DNA of 63,924 bases, filler included, from Octopus bimaculoides (taxonomy: Eukaryota), in assembly GCF_001194135.2 (NCBI RefSeq). It is 6 parts of 6 records of this genome, joined end to end, with 100 filler letters (N's around TTAATTAATTAA, not from the genome) between each part and the next. Parts side by side here need not be neighbours in the genome. Positions count along the whole stretch, not along the records: positions 48,954 to 57,112 come from NC_068987.1; positions 57,213 to 61,914 come from NC_068983.1; positions 62,015 to 63,924 come from NW_026434479.1; 3 more parts are not named here. One strand, given 5' to 3'. Under the pieces are notes generated by a model. It did not search any database, had not been told where the DNA came from, and saw nothing but the letters and a program-made list of their open reading frames with translations. The position numbers were made by a program, and so were the translations under genes. This document shows positions 49,005 through 62,507 of the stretch, piece by piece (positions within the stretch are counted from its first letter, which is position 1; each line of letters begins with the position of its first letter).

Positions 49005-50767
49005 CATACATACATATTCATTGATATACACATCTAAGTAACAATATATGCATATATATAAATATATATACGCATATACACACATAAAACGCACTGGATA
49101 CAAATATGTATGTATAAAATACGCTCACATGAAAATACGTACATGTGCATCTATTAACGTGAATGAATGCATATAAATAACCACACATATATGTGTGTAA
49201 ATATATACACATACGCATTCGTATACCTACGCATATACATACTCACTCATACATATATGCATATGCCAACAATTATACATAACACATTTTTTCGTAAGAC
49301 TTTTACACCCTTATACACATATATATACCCGTACATACATATATAAGCAAGAATTGTGTATACGAACAATACATACATACATACGCAAATTATAATTCTC
49401 TTACCCCGAAAGGAAATTGGTATCGGCCAACTAAATATATATATATATATTTTATTATATGTATTTATTTTCTCTTGGTTAATAATTAACTCCGACAAAA
49501 TAAATGGGTTAATAGATACCAGGGTAGCAAAGATCACAAAATGACTGTGGTGTAACTCCTGTTTATGAGGTAGAAACTCCTTGTTATTTTGGGCAATTGA
49601 GTAAATATAAAAATTTAGTAAATGGAGTAATATCAACATCACCTATTCCTTTGGAAGGAACCATTTGTAATCTTCGAAACATATGTTGGAAATAAAAGAA
49701 TTCCTTTAACATATGCGTATTACTCCACTTACTAAATTATATATATATATATATATATATATCAGGGACTATTGTTTTTTTTTTCATTGCATCCGATAGA
49801 GTCTGATTACAGAAAGGTTTGGATGTTATACCCAACCCATCGAACGACCGCGGAGATGACCTCCCGTTAGTTCGAGACCCTACATGATTGTGCGCAGCAT
49901 AGATATAAACAACTCCATTAAAATTACCAAGTGTCGTAGTCTCTTAATTATATCAGCCGTCAACGAAGGATCAGTTGTTGCTATGAAGGCCATGGCATCC
50001 TTCCGCCTTTTCTTATTAAATGATAAAAAAAAAAGCAACATCTGACATTCAATAACTGATTTACCTGATGATACAGTAATGTAACATAGAAACGTAAGTA
50101 ATATAAACCTAGGAGAAGATCAATAAAAGCGAAATCAATAGGCTAATAAAATACCCTCAAATGATATTAAAATATAAATAACGAAGTCGGAACAAAGACA
50201 TATTTTTAATTAAATATATATATTTAAATGAAAGAGCCGTCTTTTCTATGTAATATACCCGTCTGTGTGCATGTGATATTAAAACATACCGTGATTTTAA
50301 TAAAAGTTTCTTTAAATTTCCGATATTAGTGTTTTTATTGTAAAACAGAAAATGTTTTGATTTATAGTTTACTATTGACATTTTTAGTGAATGATTCTTT
50401 TTCTTTCGGTCTGTCCTAACAGTAAAACTAATTCTGGATTAATGAATAACAAACACTGGAAACAGTTATATAAATTAAAAATTTAAATATATTATTTATA
50501 AAAAACAAATACTTTTAAAACTAATCTCAATAGATTTTGCAGAAATGAAAGAGTGATGGATGAAATGCGCGTAGAACTCTTTGGATGGCCGTTAATACAA
50601 AGGGAGGTAGCTTTGTAAATGTTTCCCTCTAGGGGGTCCCCAATTGCCGGTCTGCAGATCATTTGGTATCGTGCCGCACAGAAAGAAATTCTAAAATTTG
50701 ATTTCTATTTCATTGATTATCGAGACGCAGGCGTACATATCTTGTCGTACATATCTTGTCGTACATA

Positions 50768-51480
50768 TCAGGTCGTCCCATAAGTTCTGTCCGAATTTTG
50801 AATAAAGAAAACAAGTGATCAAATGTTATATTTAATTGAAATCTAATCATCAATGTACTTTCCCTGATTATCTATGACTTCCTTCCATCTATTTACAAGC
50901 TTTTTAATCCCATCAATGTAAAACTCTTTTGGTTTCAAAGCGAAGAACTCTGAGATGTGAGTTTCGACCTCCTTCTGGCTTGCGAAAGTTATGTCCTCCA
51001 AATGATACTGTAAACTACGAAAAAAATAGTAGTCTGAAGGAGCAAGGTCGGGAGAATAAGGTGGATGAGGAATTTTTTCCCAACCAAGCTCTTCGATCTT
51101 CTGTGATGTGATCTTTGCAGTGTGTGGTCGCGCATTGTCCTAATGAAACATCACTTCCTTTTGATTCACTAAAGCGGGTCTTTTTTTCTTCAAAGCTTGG
51201 TTCAAACGCTCTAATTGCTGGCAGTAGTCTTGAGCATCGATTGTTGCATTAGGTGGTAACAATTCAAAGTGAATTACTCCATTGCAATCTCACCAAATGT
51301 GTTTTTTCTCAATATTCATTTTTGTTTGCAATAGCCGGTTCTTTTGCAATAGCTGCTTCAGATGCCAAGATATCAAAAATTGTCAAAATGTAGTACAACG
51401 GTTTTGCTATGGAATGGTGAAACATTTTTTCCTTTTCTAAAAAAGCAAAGTTTTGGACTTACGATACTTTTACATAATAG
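50768..51480 (-). mobile_element. Internally deleted mariner (DD34D) transposon
   Basis: Minus strand: MNIEKKHI joined directly to W*DCNGVIHFELLPPNATI...QQLERLNQAL..KRPAL...FH*DNARPHTAK...GWEKIPHPPYSPDLAPSDYYFFRSLQ...GIKKLVNRWKEVIDNQGKYIDD* (stop 50843-50845). TIR-like TA|tcaggtcgtcccataagttctgtccg at 50766-50793; the other end is uncertain. Confidence 0.9.
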
Positions 51481-51483
51481 CAA

Positions 51484-51555
<72 letters not shown>

Positions 51556-53367
51556 GAAGTGTTAGATCAAGTGTGTAATGTAGTACAAAATCTTTTCCTT
51601 GTTATTTTATATTTTAATCAACTTGTATATTCTCCTGCATTGCTTAAAGATGTTTTAAATATATTCATATCATTACTCACGCACACACATGTTTGGGGTT
51701 TCTTTCTTTCGATAGGACACAAAACCAAATAACTAATGAGTAGTTTTAGTCCATTAAATCGAACACAGTACTAAACTGACATCTGTATTTCATCGACCCT
51801 CGAAAGGATAAAAGTGTTAGGTAAAAATTCAGAACACTGACTCAAGGCATATTTTACAACGCTGTAGCCATTCAGCCAATCAACCAATCCACGAAGAACA
51901 AGGGGTTTCTCAGTTGTCTACTCTGATTTTGGCAGCATCGTTTATCAGAACAGTTTTTCATGTCTGTTTGGAAGTTGGTGTCGTTACGATGAACATTTGA
52001 TGAAATGTTTATGATGGAATCAGCTTTCAAATATAAACATTAATAGTTGTAAACAACTGCGAAACCCTCAGTCGCTCTACTGTTGTTATACATGTGTGTT
52101 CGCGGGTTTATGTGTGTGTGTGTGTGTGCGTGCGTGTGCGTGTGCGTGTGAGCTTGTGTGCATGTGTGTGTGTGTATGATATACATATACTATACATGTA
52201 GGTACTAGAATATGTTTATATAATATATATATATAGACATACATACACACACACACACACACATATATATATGCACACAGACATATTCATACATACATAC
52301 ATATATATATATATATGCATGCCCTAGTAGTTACGGTTTTGCACTCACAATCGCGAGATTATGGTTTCAATTCCCAGACCGGGTGGTGCGTTGTGTTCCT
52401 ATCACTTCGATACATGATGAGAGGTACACTGTGCACCTGTTGGACAAAGTTGATTTCATGATGGGAGCGAGGTAAGGCAGGGCACAAACATTTGATCACT
52501 ATAAAGAAGTCATTTGCGCAGCTTATTCAACAAGAAATTGCAGAACCGTTTTTCTCGGATTACAAGAGACTGCTATCAAACAGCTGACGTGTGTGTGTGT
52601 GCGTATATGTCTATGCCATATTGCACATGCAATCATATACAATTTTCACACCAGGAACCTCAAATCGAGAATCTTTGGAATGTTTTACAAATTTTTCACT
52701 GTACCGCTGATCAGTTCTATTTGAACGATGCGAATCAGTTTGCTTTGTCCTTCGAACCTTAGCTTTTCTAAGCTTTTATGCAAAATGGTTGTTACATAGC
52801 ACGGTGCAGATATGACAATCTGGTACGAATGAAGCGCTATAGCCGGGATTTAAGAGCTGTGAGCTTTTAATTAGTTTAACTAAAGATGCTATCCTCTTCC
52901 GCTGAGTTTAGAGGACTGCTTGGATTTTGTTCCCCTGTCCCATAGAAAAATATCTGGCCTATTGTGATTACACAAGGTTTCTGTTTCTTTTGGATGTTTA
53001 TGTACAAATGCGTATAGATGAAGATGTGTGGTTGAGAAGCTTGCTTTGTAGCCATGTAGTTTGGGGGTTCGGTTCCACTGCGCGGCGAGTGTCTTTTACT
53101 ATACAACCCTGGGCCCATCAATGTCTCCTGAATGAATTTAGTAGACGAAAGGAACTGTAAGGATGTTCGTCGTGTATATGTGCGTGCGAGTGTGTATGTA
53201 AGTCTTTGTATTTATGTTCGGTTTATCCCCCATCATCGTTTTACAGCCGGTGTTGGTTTTCTTACGTCCCCATGTCTTTGCGTATGTTAAAGCCCTCTGG
53301 GGTGATTCAATTTGCGAAATGTTTTGTTTTGTGTAGGGAGACCACAGGGGGCAGCAGTATTCGAGTG

Positions 53368-53398
<31 letters not shown>

Positions 53399-54382
53399 GC
53401 ATGTTATAAAAATCATAGGGCCGATCGAGTAAACCTATCAATAATGAACCTATAATGACTACTGGAAACAGTTGTAAGTCAAATAGCTCCAATAACGAAC
53501 AATATGTAATGACCATTATTTATGTCTTGTCTTCTACTTACGTATATACATAAGTATATTATATGTATTATATGTAATATATATTACATATATCATATTA
53601 CATATATTATATTACATATATATCATATTTATTATATACATTGTTAATATATGTTATACTTTATTCAATTATATACATATACATACATGCACACAAACAC
53701 ACGCACCTATACACACATACACACATACACAAATATAACGTAAGTGGTGGTCTTAGGAATAAGTTAATACTATAATTCACGATTAGTTGCTTCAATTCCA
53801 CGGAGGCTGAGATAAAAATCTTGACGACATTGATTGACTCGGTGTTATCGGCTTCACAGCTTCACACTGTAAAACGGAAGGCAAGCTTCATCTCACAACG
53901 TGTCCTTCGGGGCCAACAAGAGACAGGCTATCATTTTTCCTTCCTTTTTACTGTCTACATCTCTATATGGTTATAAGTGTTAGAGTGACAGAGTGAATTT
54001 TAATATCTAGTCACGGAGCCATAAATATTTCTAAAGTTTAATGTTTGTGAGATTGTCACTCCTGTTATTAAAATTATATCTATCCCGCCGAGCCTACGTC
54101 GAAGTTTCTATGTAGTTGCACGTCCTGCTAAAAATAACAGTCAAATTTCATTATATTACGCTCTACTGTATTTAAAAAGAGAAGGAGATATTTCATATCA
54201 TAGTCGTTGATGCATTATATTTGAATAAAATGTGTAGGTGTGTGGTTAAGAAACATTCTTCCACACCATCTGGTCTTGGGTTCAGTCTTACAGTGCGGCA
54301 TTTTGGACATGTATCTTCTGCTATAGCGACGAACTGACGTAAACCTTGACTGTGAATTTGGTAGACGGAAACTGAACGTCTA

Positions 54383-54435
<53 letters not shown>

Positions 54436-54932
54436 GCATGTATACATGCACACATATATACAAACACACACACTTATACATTTATCTATCTATCTATATT
54501 CATCTAACTGCATATATATCTATAGATGCATACGCACACACACACACACACACATGCACACGCACACACACACACACACGAATATATATGTGTGTATGTG
54601 TGTATGTGTGTGTGTGACTGTGTTTATGCTGTATTTGTTCCTTACCACAACTTGACAACCGCTGCTGGTTTGTTTATCTCCCCGTAAGCAAATCGATAGA
54701 ATAGGTACCAAACTTGAAAAATAAGTACGATTTGTTCGAGTAAATTCTTGTGGAGGCGAACAAGCACAAACTGGGGTTAAAAACGGCAACAACCGTGAAA
54801 GCATCTGCGTCACGTGGTCACTCAATCAGATCTGTTAGGAATTGCAGGCAAATATCCGTAAAAGCGCATCCTGCCGTCTGAAAAAGAATAACAAGAAGGG
54901 AATATTTGATAATGTAGTTCTAGATATACACA

Positions 54933-55306
54933 GTGGAGGCGCAATGGCCTAGTGGTTAGGGCAGCGGATTCGCGGTCGTAGGATCGCGGTTTCGATTCCC
55001 AGACCGGGTGTTGTGAGTGTTTACTGAGCGAAAGCACCTAAAGTTCCACAAGGCTCCGGCAGGGGATGGTGGCGAACCCTGCTGTACTCTTCCACTACAA
55101 CTTTCTCCCACTCTTTCTTCCTCTTTCTGTTGTACCTGTATTTCAAAGGGTCAGCCTTGTCACACTCTGTGTCACGCTGAATCTCCCCGAGAACTACGTT
55201 AAGGGTACACGTATCTGTGGAGTGCTCAGCCACTTGCATGTTAATTTCACGAGCAATTGGATCAACTGGAACCCTCGTCGTCGTAACCGACGGAGTGCCA
55301 ACCACC
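54933..55306 (+). mobile_element. SINE family A (full length)
   Basis: Aligns to 15227-15619; 11-bp TSD agatatacaca (54922-54932 / 55307-55317). Confidence 0.9.
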
Positions 55307-55984
55307 AGATATACACAAAGATGGGATGCCCGAGGTTAGAATGCTTTTTATCATAGGCAGCAGTGATAAAGCGCACTTGTGCTGACCCGAGTGCAGTTTT
55401 CCTTGTGATGAGTGCGGTTTTTGGTAAGAAATACGTTTGAAAATCATTACACTGGAATATTGGAATACATTTTTGGTGATTTCATTTATTTAAAGCCTAT
55501 TCCTTCCCCCACCACCACTAACTACGACATTTAGAAACGTCTATTTATACAATTTACATTTCTCTATCTATATTTATAATTACATGTTTAAAGTAACAAC
55601 CATTCTTTTTAAGATTTAGAAACCAAAATAAATTTTCGGCAAAAATTGATAAAATAAAAGTAACGGTGGCGGTGCCTATTCCGATACTCCGCTTTTCTTT
55701 TTATTATATTTTATATTCATAGATTTTATAAATAATTATATTTTTTAAAATAACAGGTTTAGTCATATGAAAATTATTTTAAAATACGTTACAGTTAGCA
55801 GTTAACGTCAATGCAGCCATCAAATAAATGGAAAAAATAGTTTCTTTAACTTTGGCGCATCTAGAAAGCCTATCTTATTTTTAATACGGTAGCATCTGAT
55901 TTGAGGGAGGATTGACTGTGCCTGAATAGAGGTTCACCCGTTGGTTCGAAAATCCTGTGGTTAATATATATCTCTTACCTTTTC

Positions 55985-56380
55985 TTTTATGTGTTTCATT
56001 CATTAGATTGCGGTCATACTGGAGTACCACCTGGAAGGATTTTTAGACGAATGAATCGACCCCAGTACTTATTATTATTATTTTTTTTTGAAGCTCGATA
56101 CTTATTCTATCAGTCTTGTTTGCTGAGCCGCTAAGTTACGAAAAGGTAAACATACCAACACCGGTTGTCAAAAGTGGTGGGGGACAAGCACGAATAAAGA
56201 CATACACACACATATACGACGGGCTTCTTTCAGATTCTGTCTACCAAATCCACTCACAAGGCTTTGGTCGGCGCGAGGCTATAGTAGAAGACATTCGCGC
56301 AAGGTGCCACGCAGTGGGACTGAACCCGGAACCATGTGGTTGGGAAGCAAACGTCTTACCACACAAACGTGCCTGCGCCT
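55985..56380 (-). mobile_element. SINE family D (full length)
   Basis: Reverse complement aligns to the family D head, short microsatellite and tail. Confidence 0.85.
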
Positions 56381-57112
56381 ACATGCAATAGTTTTCGCTA
56401 ACCCTCAGGAAATCCTATGTAAGCCAAGATCATGTGTTTCTTCAGGCAGGTTTGACTTGGGGTTAAAAAACAACAACAATAATAACCATTGAAATAACAC
56501 CTATAACTTGCTGTTTTTGCCAAGAAATAAAGAATTAACTTCACAAACATCCGATTAAACCCTTGCCAGGAAACAATTTGATCCCTCTTTCGTTCTTTCT
56601 CTTCTCTCTACCTATTTCTCCTCTATATGTAACTATCTCTCTTTGTTTTATGTATCTCTCTCGGTGTTGTTTCCTATACATACATACATACATACATACA
56701 TACATACATANNNNNNNNNNTACATACATACATACATACATACATACATACATACGACAATTTAAACACCAATCTTGAGAAATTAGGCTTTAGAAAACCA
56801 GAAAGGAGAAAGCTGATTCAAAGACTACAGATCCAATCCATCACTGGAACTGTAAAAATCTGTAAAACTTTTAAGACATTTATCATTGAAGTATATATAA
56901 GCATGTCTAAATATGCAAGTATATTCATGAGAATACATACATAAACCAAGACGTACGAATCTGCACGTATACATACATATATATATATATATAGATAGAT
57001 AGATAGATACATACATACATACATACGTACATACATACGTACATACATACATACATACGAACTGCCTCAACATAAACCTGGAAAAATTAGGGTTCTCAAA
57101 ACCTGAAAGAAA

Positions 57113-57212
57113 NNNNNNNNNNNNNNNNNNNNNNNNNNNNNNNNNNNNNNNNNNNNTTAATTAATTAANNNNNNNNNNNNNNNNNNNNNNNNNNNNNNNN
57201 NNNNNNNNNNNN
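57113..57212. other. Artificial scaffold-join spacer
   Basis: 44 N + TTAATTAATTAA (57157-57168) + 44 N. Confidence 0.95.
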
Positions 57213-59299
57213 GGCGGCGGTGGCGGCGGTGATGATAGTGGTGATGATTGTGGCAGCGCTGGTGATGGCTTTCGTCTTGTTGTAGTTGTTATTGTTGCCG
57301 TAGTGTTCCAGATATCAATTTTAAATGTTACTTTGAAATAGATTTGACTCCCTATCACAAGGATGTATGTGTAAGACACCGGCCCTTAAATAAATATCCT
57401 TGGGAAATTAAGGACCTAGGCAGCAAAAAACAATTACCACAAGGCATTCTATCAGAAGTCTATAAAAACACTGCCACTCGAGCCATTAATATTGTTCTAG
57501 CTCTCAAACAAAAGATAGGACTCCGGTTGGAAAAGAGCCTTTGACTATAAAGTCTGTTTGATCAGAGCCTGGAGCCAAGCAACAACATCAACAGCAATAC
57601 CAACAACAACAACAATAACAACATCAGCAACACTGTCTCTGAGAAATATAATTCATTCTTATTCGGGTCGTGGGAGTTTCTCAGTGGTTTGAGAAAACTT
57701 ACGATTTATCCAAAACAAACCTGACGTCTTTATCATAAAAGGAAACCAAAATCTCAGTTTTGTACCCAACCCCTACCTTTTACAGGTATTCTTATTATTC
57801 CTGTATACGGGGTCAATAGGTGTATATGATTTAATTATACATGCACCTACAGGATTGTGTGGGGTGTAAAGGGAAAAGATGAGACCGTTTGTCTGAAATA
57901 ACGCGTTGACTTCCTGTTATTCAATTTGAAGTCTCTCTATGGTTGCTCGCCATATTAGAATATACAGCCATATTTATATCCGGCAAGTTATACACCTAGT
58001 TGCATTAACAAGTGAACGATACATCGAATAATGTATTTCTAGATACACTGTGTTAATAAAAGATGGGATGGTCACATTTGGAAAGCTTTTTGATCATAGA
58101 CAGGTCTGACCGGTCAGATATGACCTGGATAGTCTACCTAAAAAATTAGGTCATTGGGTCACGAGCGTGTGTGTTTGTTTGTGTGTAATTACATTGATAG
58201 AAGCAGATTTCACAAACTAAGATTACACTCCGGTCCAAGAACCCGAGGATCGAGACAGAGTTGCGGAAAATGCCCTCTGAGCACCCTCATTAAATAAAAA
58301 GGAGTATGTTGTTTCTTTTGCGTACCACCATTTCCATCAGACACACACACACACACACCTCGGGTTTTTTCGTTCTCTCTTCGTTGCCCCCCCCCCACTC
58401 TCCATCCTTTCTGTCGAAGAGCGTAAGCTCGAAACGTATATGTATATNNNNNNNNNNNNNNNNNNNNNNNNNNNNNNNNNNNNNNNNNNNNNNNNNNNNN
58501 NNNNNNNNNNNNNNNNNNNNNNNNNNNNNNNNNNNNNNNNNNNNNNNNNNNNNNNNNNNNNNNNNNNNNNNNNNNNNNNNNNNNNNNNNNNNNNNNNNNN
58601 NNNNNNNNNNNNNNNNNNNNNNNNNNNNNNNNNNNNNNNNNNNNNNNNNNNNNNNNNNNNNNNNNNNNNNNNNNNNNNNNNNNNNNNNNNNNNNNNNNNN
58701 NNNNNNNNNNNNNNNNNNNNNNNNNNNNNNNNNNNNNNNNNNNNNNNNNNNNNNNNNNNNNNNNNNNNNNNNNNNNNNNNNNNNNNNNNNNNNNNNNNNN
58801 NNNNNNNNNNNNNNNNNNNNNNNNNNNNNNNNNNNNNNNNNNNNNNNNNNNNNNNNNNNNNNNNNNNNNNNNNNNNNNNNNNNNNNNNNNNNNNNNNNNN
58901 NNNNNNNNNNNNNNNNNNNNNNNNNNNNNNNNNNNNNNNNNNNNNNNNNNNNNNNNNNNNNNNNNNNNNNNNNNNNNNNNNNNNNNNNNNNNNNNNNNNN
59001 NNNNNNNNNNNNNNNNNNNNNNNNNNNNNNNNNNNNNNNNNNNNNNNNNNNNNNNNNNNNNNNNNNNNNNNNNNNNNNNNNNNNNNNNNNNNNNNNNNNN
59101 NNNNNNNNNNNNNNNNNNNNNNNNNNNNNNNNNNNNNNNNNNNNNNNNNNNNNNNNNNNNNNNNNNNNNNNNNNNNNNNNNNNNNNNTATATATATATAT
59201 ATATATATATATATGATATAATATAAATAATAATAATATATATATACATATATACATACATACATGTACATACTTACATATATATGTATATACACATGC

Positions 59300-59620
59300 A
59301 TATATGGGTACACGACGTCAAAAAACGTAAACAACATGAAAAGCGAGAACATGAAATACAAAAACATAGAAAACGAACTTTTTTGCGAACAACGAAAGAA
59401 ACAAATAGAAAAACAAGACAGGCAACATAAAGAACAATCCCTTCATCAGTTGTCCACTTTTATCTACTCTGCATTTCGAGCACTAGGACAAGATACCTCT
59501 TCGTCAAAACAGTTGTTCCCGCAAAGTAAATTAGATAAAATTTATGATTTGCGGAGGCTTATGAACAACCAACAGGTGTCGCCTCAAACCACTTGCAGTG
59601 GATTTGTGTCAGTGACCAAG
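59300..59620 (-). mobile_element. Third Penelope-type terminal repeat
   Basis: Minus strand tTGACGAaGAG...CTCGAAAtg (59472-59507) followed by CTGATGAAGGG (59439-59449). Confidence 0.45.
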
Positions 59621-60783
59621 TAACAATTTGTGTAACGAAAATTTTGACACTAAATGATACATTGAACAGTTTTTGTGGTTTTTCAATGGCTAATATGTCA
59701 TCCACACTCTAGCTGTTTTTGATTCAACACACGGTCTCACATCCAATCACTTTCCACGCAAATACACCTCCGAAAGATCATATATGTATATTTATATTCT
59801 TTTGGTCTTTCTTTTGTTTTATGCGCTTCAGCCCCACAGTGGGACATCGCCATTGTAATCACCTTTTCAATGACCGTTCTTTTGCGATTGGCTTTAATGA
59901 AGGAAAGAGCTCGACAGTGCTGCCCTCTTTTGAGTTTATGTCACATAAATGTAGATTTAATGTATAAATTTGTAATTAAATTATTAAGTATTAATTGAAA
60001 CGGAAGTAAGAAGCGAAGATGACCAATTTGCTATAAGTAATAAACAATTAACTTCCTTATCTCCATTTTCTTTTCTTCTTTTAAATGGATATAAACTATA
60101 TGATTTATATATACCCATTATTTTAAGGAAATTCATTTTAAGGAAATTCATTCTCCAAAAATACTNNNNNNNNNNNNNNNNNNNNNNNNNNNNNNNNNNN
60201 NNNNNNNNNNNNNNNNNNNNNNNNNNNNNNNNNNNNNNNNNNNNNNNNNNNNNNNNNNNNNNNNNNNNNNNNNNNNNNNNNNNNNNNNNNNNNNNNNNNN
60301 NNNNNNNNNNNNNNNNNNNNNNNNNNNNNNNNNNNNNNNNNNNNNNNNNNNNNNNNNNNNNNNNNNNNNNNNNNNNNNNNNNNNNNNNNNNNNNNNNNNN
60401 NNNNNNNNNNNNNNNNNNNNNNNNNNNNNNNNNNNNNNNNNNNNNNNNNNNNNNNNNNNNNNNNNNNNNNNNNNNNNNNNNNNNNNNNNNNNNNNNNNNN
60501 NNNNNNNNNNNNNNNNNNNNNNNNNNNNNNNNNNNNNNNNNNNNNNNNNNNNNNNNNNNNNNNNNNNNNNNNNNNNNNNNNNNNNNNNNNNNNNNNNNNN
60601 NNNNNNNNNNNNNNNNNNNNNNNNNNNNNNNNNNNNNNNNNNNNNNNNNNNNNNNNNNNNNNNNNNNNNNNNNNNNNNNNNNNNNNNNNNNNNNNNNNNN
60701 NNNNNNNNNNNNNNNNNNNNNNNNNNNNNNNNNNNNNNNNNNNNNNNNNNNNNNNNNNNNNNNNNNNNNNNNNNNNNNNNNNN

Positions 60784-60834
<51 letters not shown>

Positions 60835-60844
<10 letters not shown>

Positions 60845-61175
60845 AGAAGTTTGCTTCCCAACTACGTGATTCCGGGTTCAGTCCTACTTCGTGGCACCTT
60901 GGGAAAGTTTCCTCTACTGTAGCCTCGGGCCATTAATGCCTTGTGAATGGGTTTGGTAGACACAGCGTTTGTATTCGTCCCTCATCATCGTTTGATAACG
61001 ATGTTGGTGTGTTTACGTTCCCCGCAATGGTCACAGTTCGGCAAACGAGACCGCTAGAACAAGTATGGAGTTTTAAAGAAAAATAAGTACCGGGATCGAT
61101 TCATTCGACCAAACCACTCTTCAAGGCAGTGCCCCAGCATCACTGCAGCCTAAAGATTGTGCCAAGTAAAAGATA
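60835..61175 (+). mobile_element. SINE family D (diverged)
   Basis: Head and tail motifs recognisable. Confidence 0.7.
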
Positions 61176-61203
61176 CACACACACACACGCACACACACAT
61201 ACA

Positions 61204-61720
61204 TATAGTCTGATCAATAAGTAACCGGACTGTTGCCAAACTAACGATGCTAAAACACGCAGAGTAAAGCCGATTGGCACAGATTGACCTCAGACTCTAC
61301 TGTGCATGCGCACAAAGTTTTAACGATCTAACTTACTTCTGCTGTTTACAGCAGTGCTTAGAGGGAAGGTGTGTGGCGTGTGGTCGTCGCATTGACCTTG
61401 ACAGAAAAAATTGTTATGACGATACCTGCTCAGAGGCCTACGCAAAGTTGCAGAAAGTGTATGGAGAGGAGTGTATGAGCCGTACACAAGTGTATGAGCC
61501 GTACACAAGTGTACGAGTGGTTCAGATGCTTCAAAGATAGCTGAAAAATTGTCGATACTGACGAACGTTCTTGGAGACCTGCAACCAGCAGAACTGAGAA
61601 AAACATCGCAGTTGTACGTGCAGCTGTGAGGGGAAATCGTCGAATCACCATCCGTGAGTTATCAGAGGATGTGCAAATTAGTTACGGTTCAGTTCAGTTC
61701 ATTATCACTGAAGATTTGTA
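61204..61720 (+). mobile_element. 5' fragment of a mariner transposon (TIR + HTH DNA-binding domain)
   Basis: TIR-like tagtctgatcaataagtaaccggact, then SEAYAKLQKVYGEECMSRTQVYE/WFRCFKD...DERSWRPATSRTEKNI...RGNRRITIRELSEDVQISYGSVQFIITEDL. A 19-bp tandem duplication (61472-61509) shifts the frame. Confidence 0.85.
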
Positions 61721-61914
61721 ATAATTATTCACTCCCTGTTAGTAAACGCAGATTCTCTGCGGTATCACTTGTCGCGCACATGGTAATTTCTTGAAGGAAG
61801 GACAGTGGACTGGCTGGCCGAGGTGGATTCGGTTATGCTTTCAGATCTGTGTCGATGTGGAATGTTACTTGTTCATGCTTGCACAGTTTGCTAGCATAGT
61901 CGAATTTACTGCTG

Positions 61915-62014
61915 NNNNNNNNNNNNNNNNNNNNNNNNNNNNNNNNNNNNNNNNNNNNTTAATTAATTAANNNNNNNNNNNNNNNNNNNNNNNNNNNNNN
62001 NNNNNNNNNNNNNN
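61915..62014. other. Artificial scaffold-join spacer
   Basis: 44 N + TTAATTAATTAA (61959-61970) + 44 N. Confidence 0.95.
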
Positions 62015-62507
62015 ATGTAGGTAGGTATGTACGTATGTATGTGTATGTGTATGTGTGTGTGTATGATGCATATCTATTGATAAGTGCATGCATCTTTCTG
62101 TTACATTAAAGTACGGTATGGCGTGACTAATTTTCTTAAGATCATTTACTTTTTTGCTTATGCTCTCTAGATAACCCAGTTTCGACCTAATGAAATGTGG
62201 ATAAGTCCATCGAAAAGGAGTAGCGTAGAGAGTACGCATATATAGGTATGCAATGTCTAAGCAGTGTAATTTCCTTATTTCTTTATTATTTTTGCCTTAA
62301 AATAGATGAATCTAATGCTGTCAAATTCTGAACAAAATTGATACGGCAGTAAAAAACTTGTAGGGTAAAAAGTGATTATATTTTAATAGAAATATCCTTA
62401 TAGAGATCGCTGAGCAAAATAAACACTCAGTAATGAAGAATTCTTGAGTAAAGTAATAGATACGATTTACGATTTTTCCCTATATTCACATAAAAGTAGT
62501 TTGTATG

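Noticed and set aside
49810-49870. KVWMLYPTHRTTAEMTSR* as GRHPR YTPDVLTDTTAEL exon
   Set aside because: Only TTAE matches and an in-frame stop follows.
50543-50606. Possible plus-strand exon (NERVMDEMRVELFGWPLIQRE)
   Set aside because: Weak donor (GTAGCT), no recognisable homology, adjacent to transposon debris.
52810-52858. Possible micro-exon (YDNLVRMKRYSRDLRA)
   Set aside because: No polypyrimidine tract and no homology.
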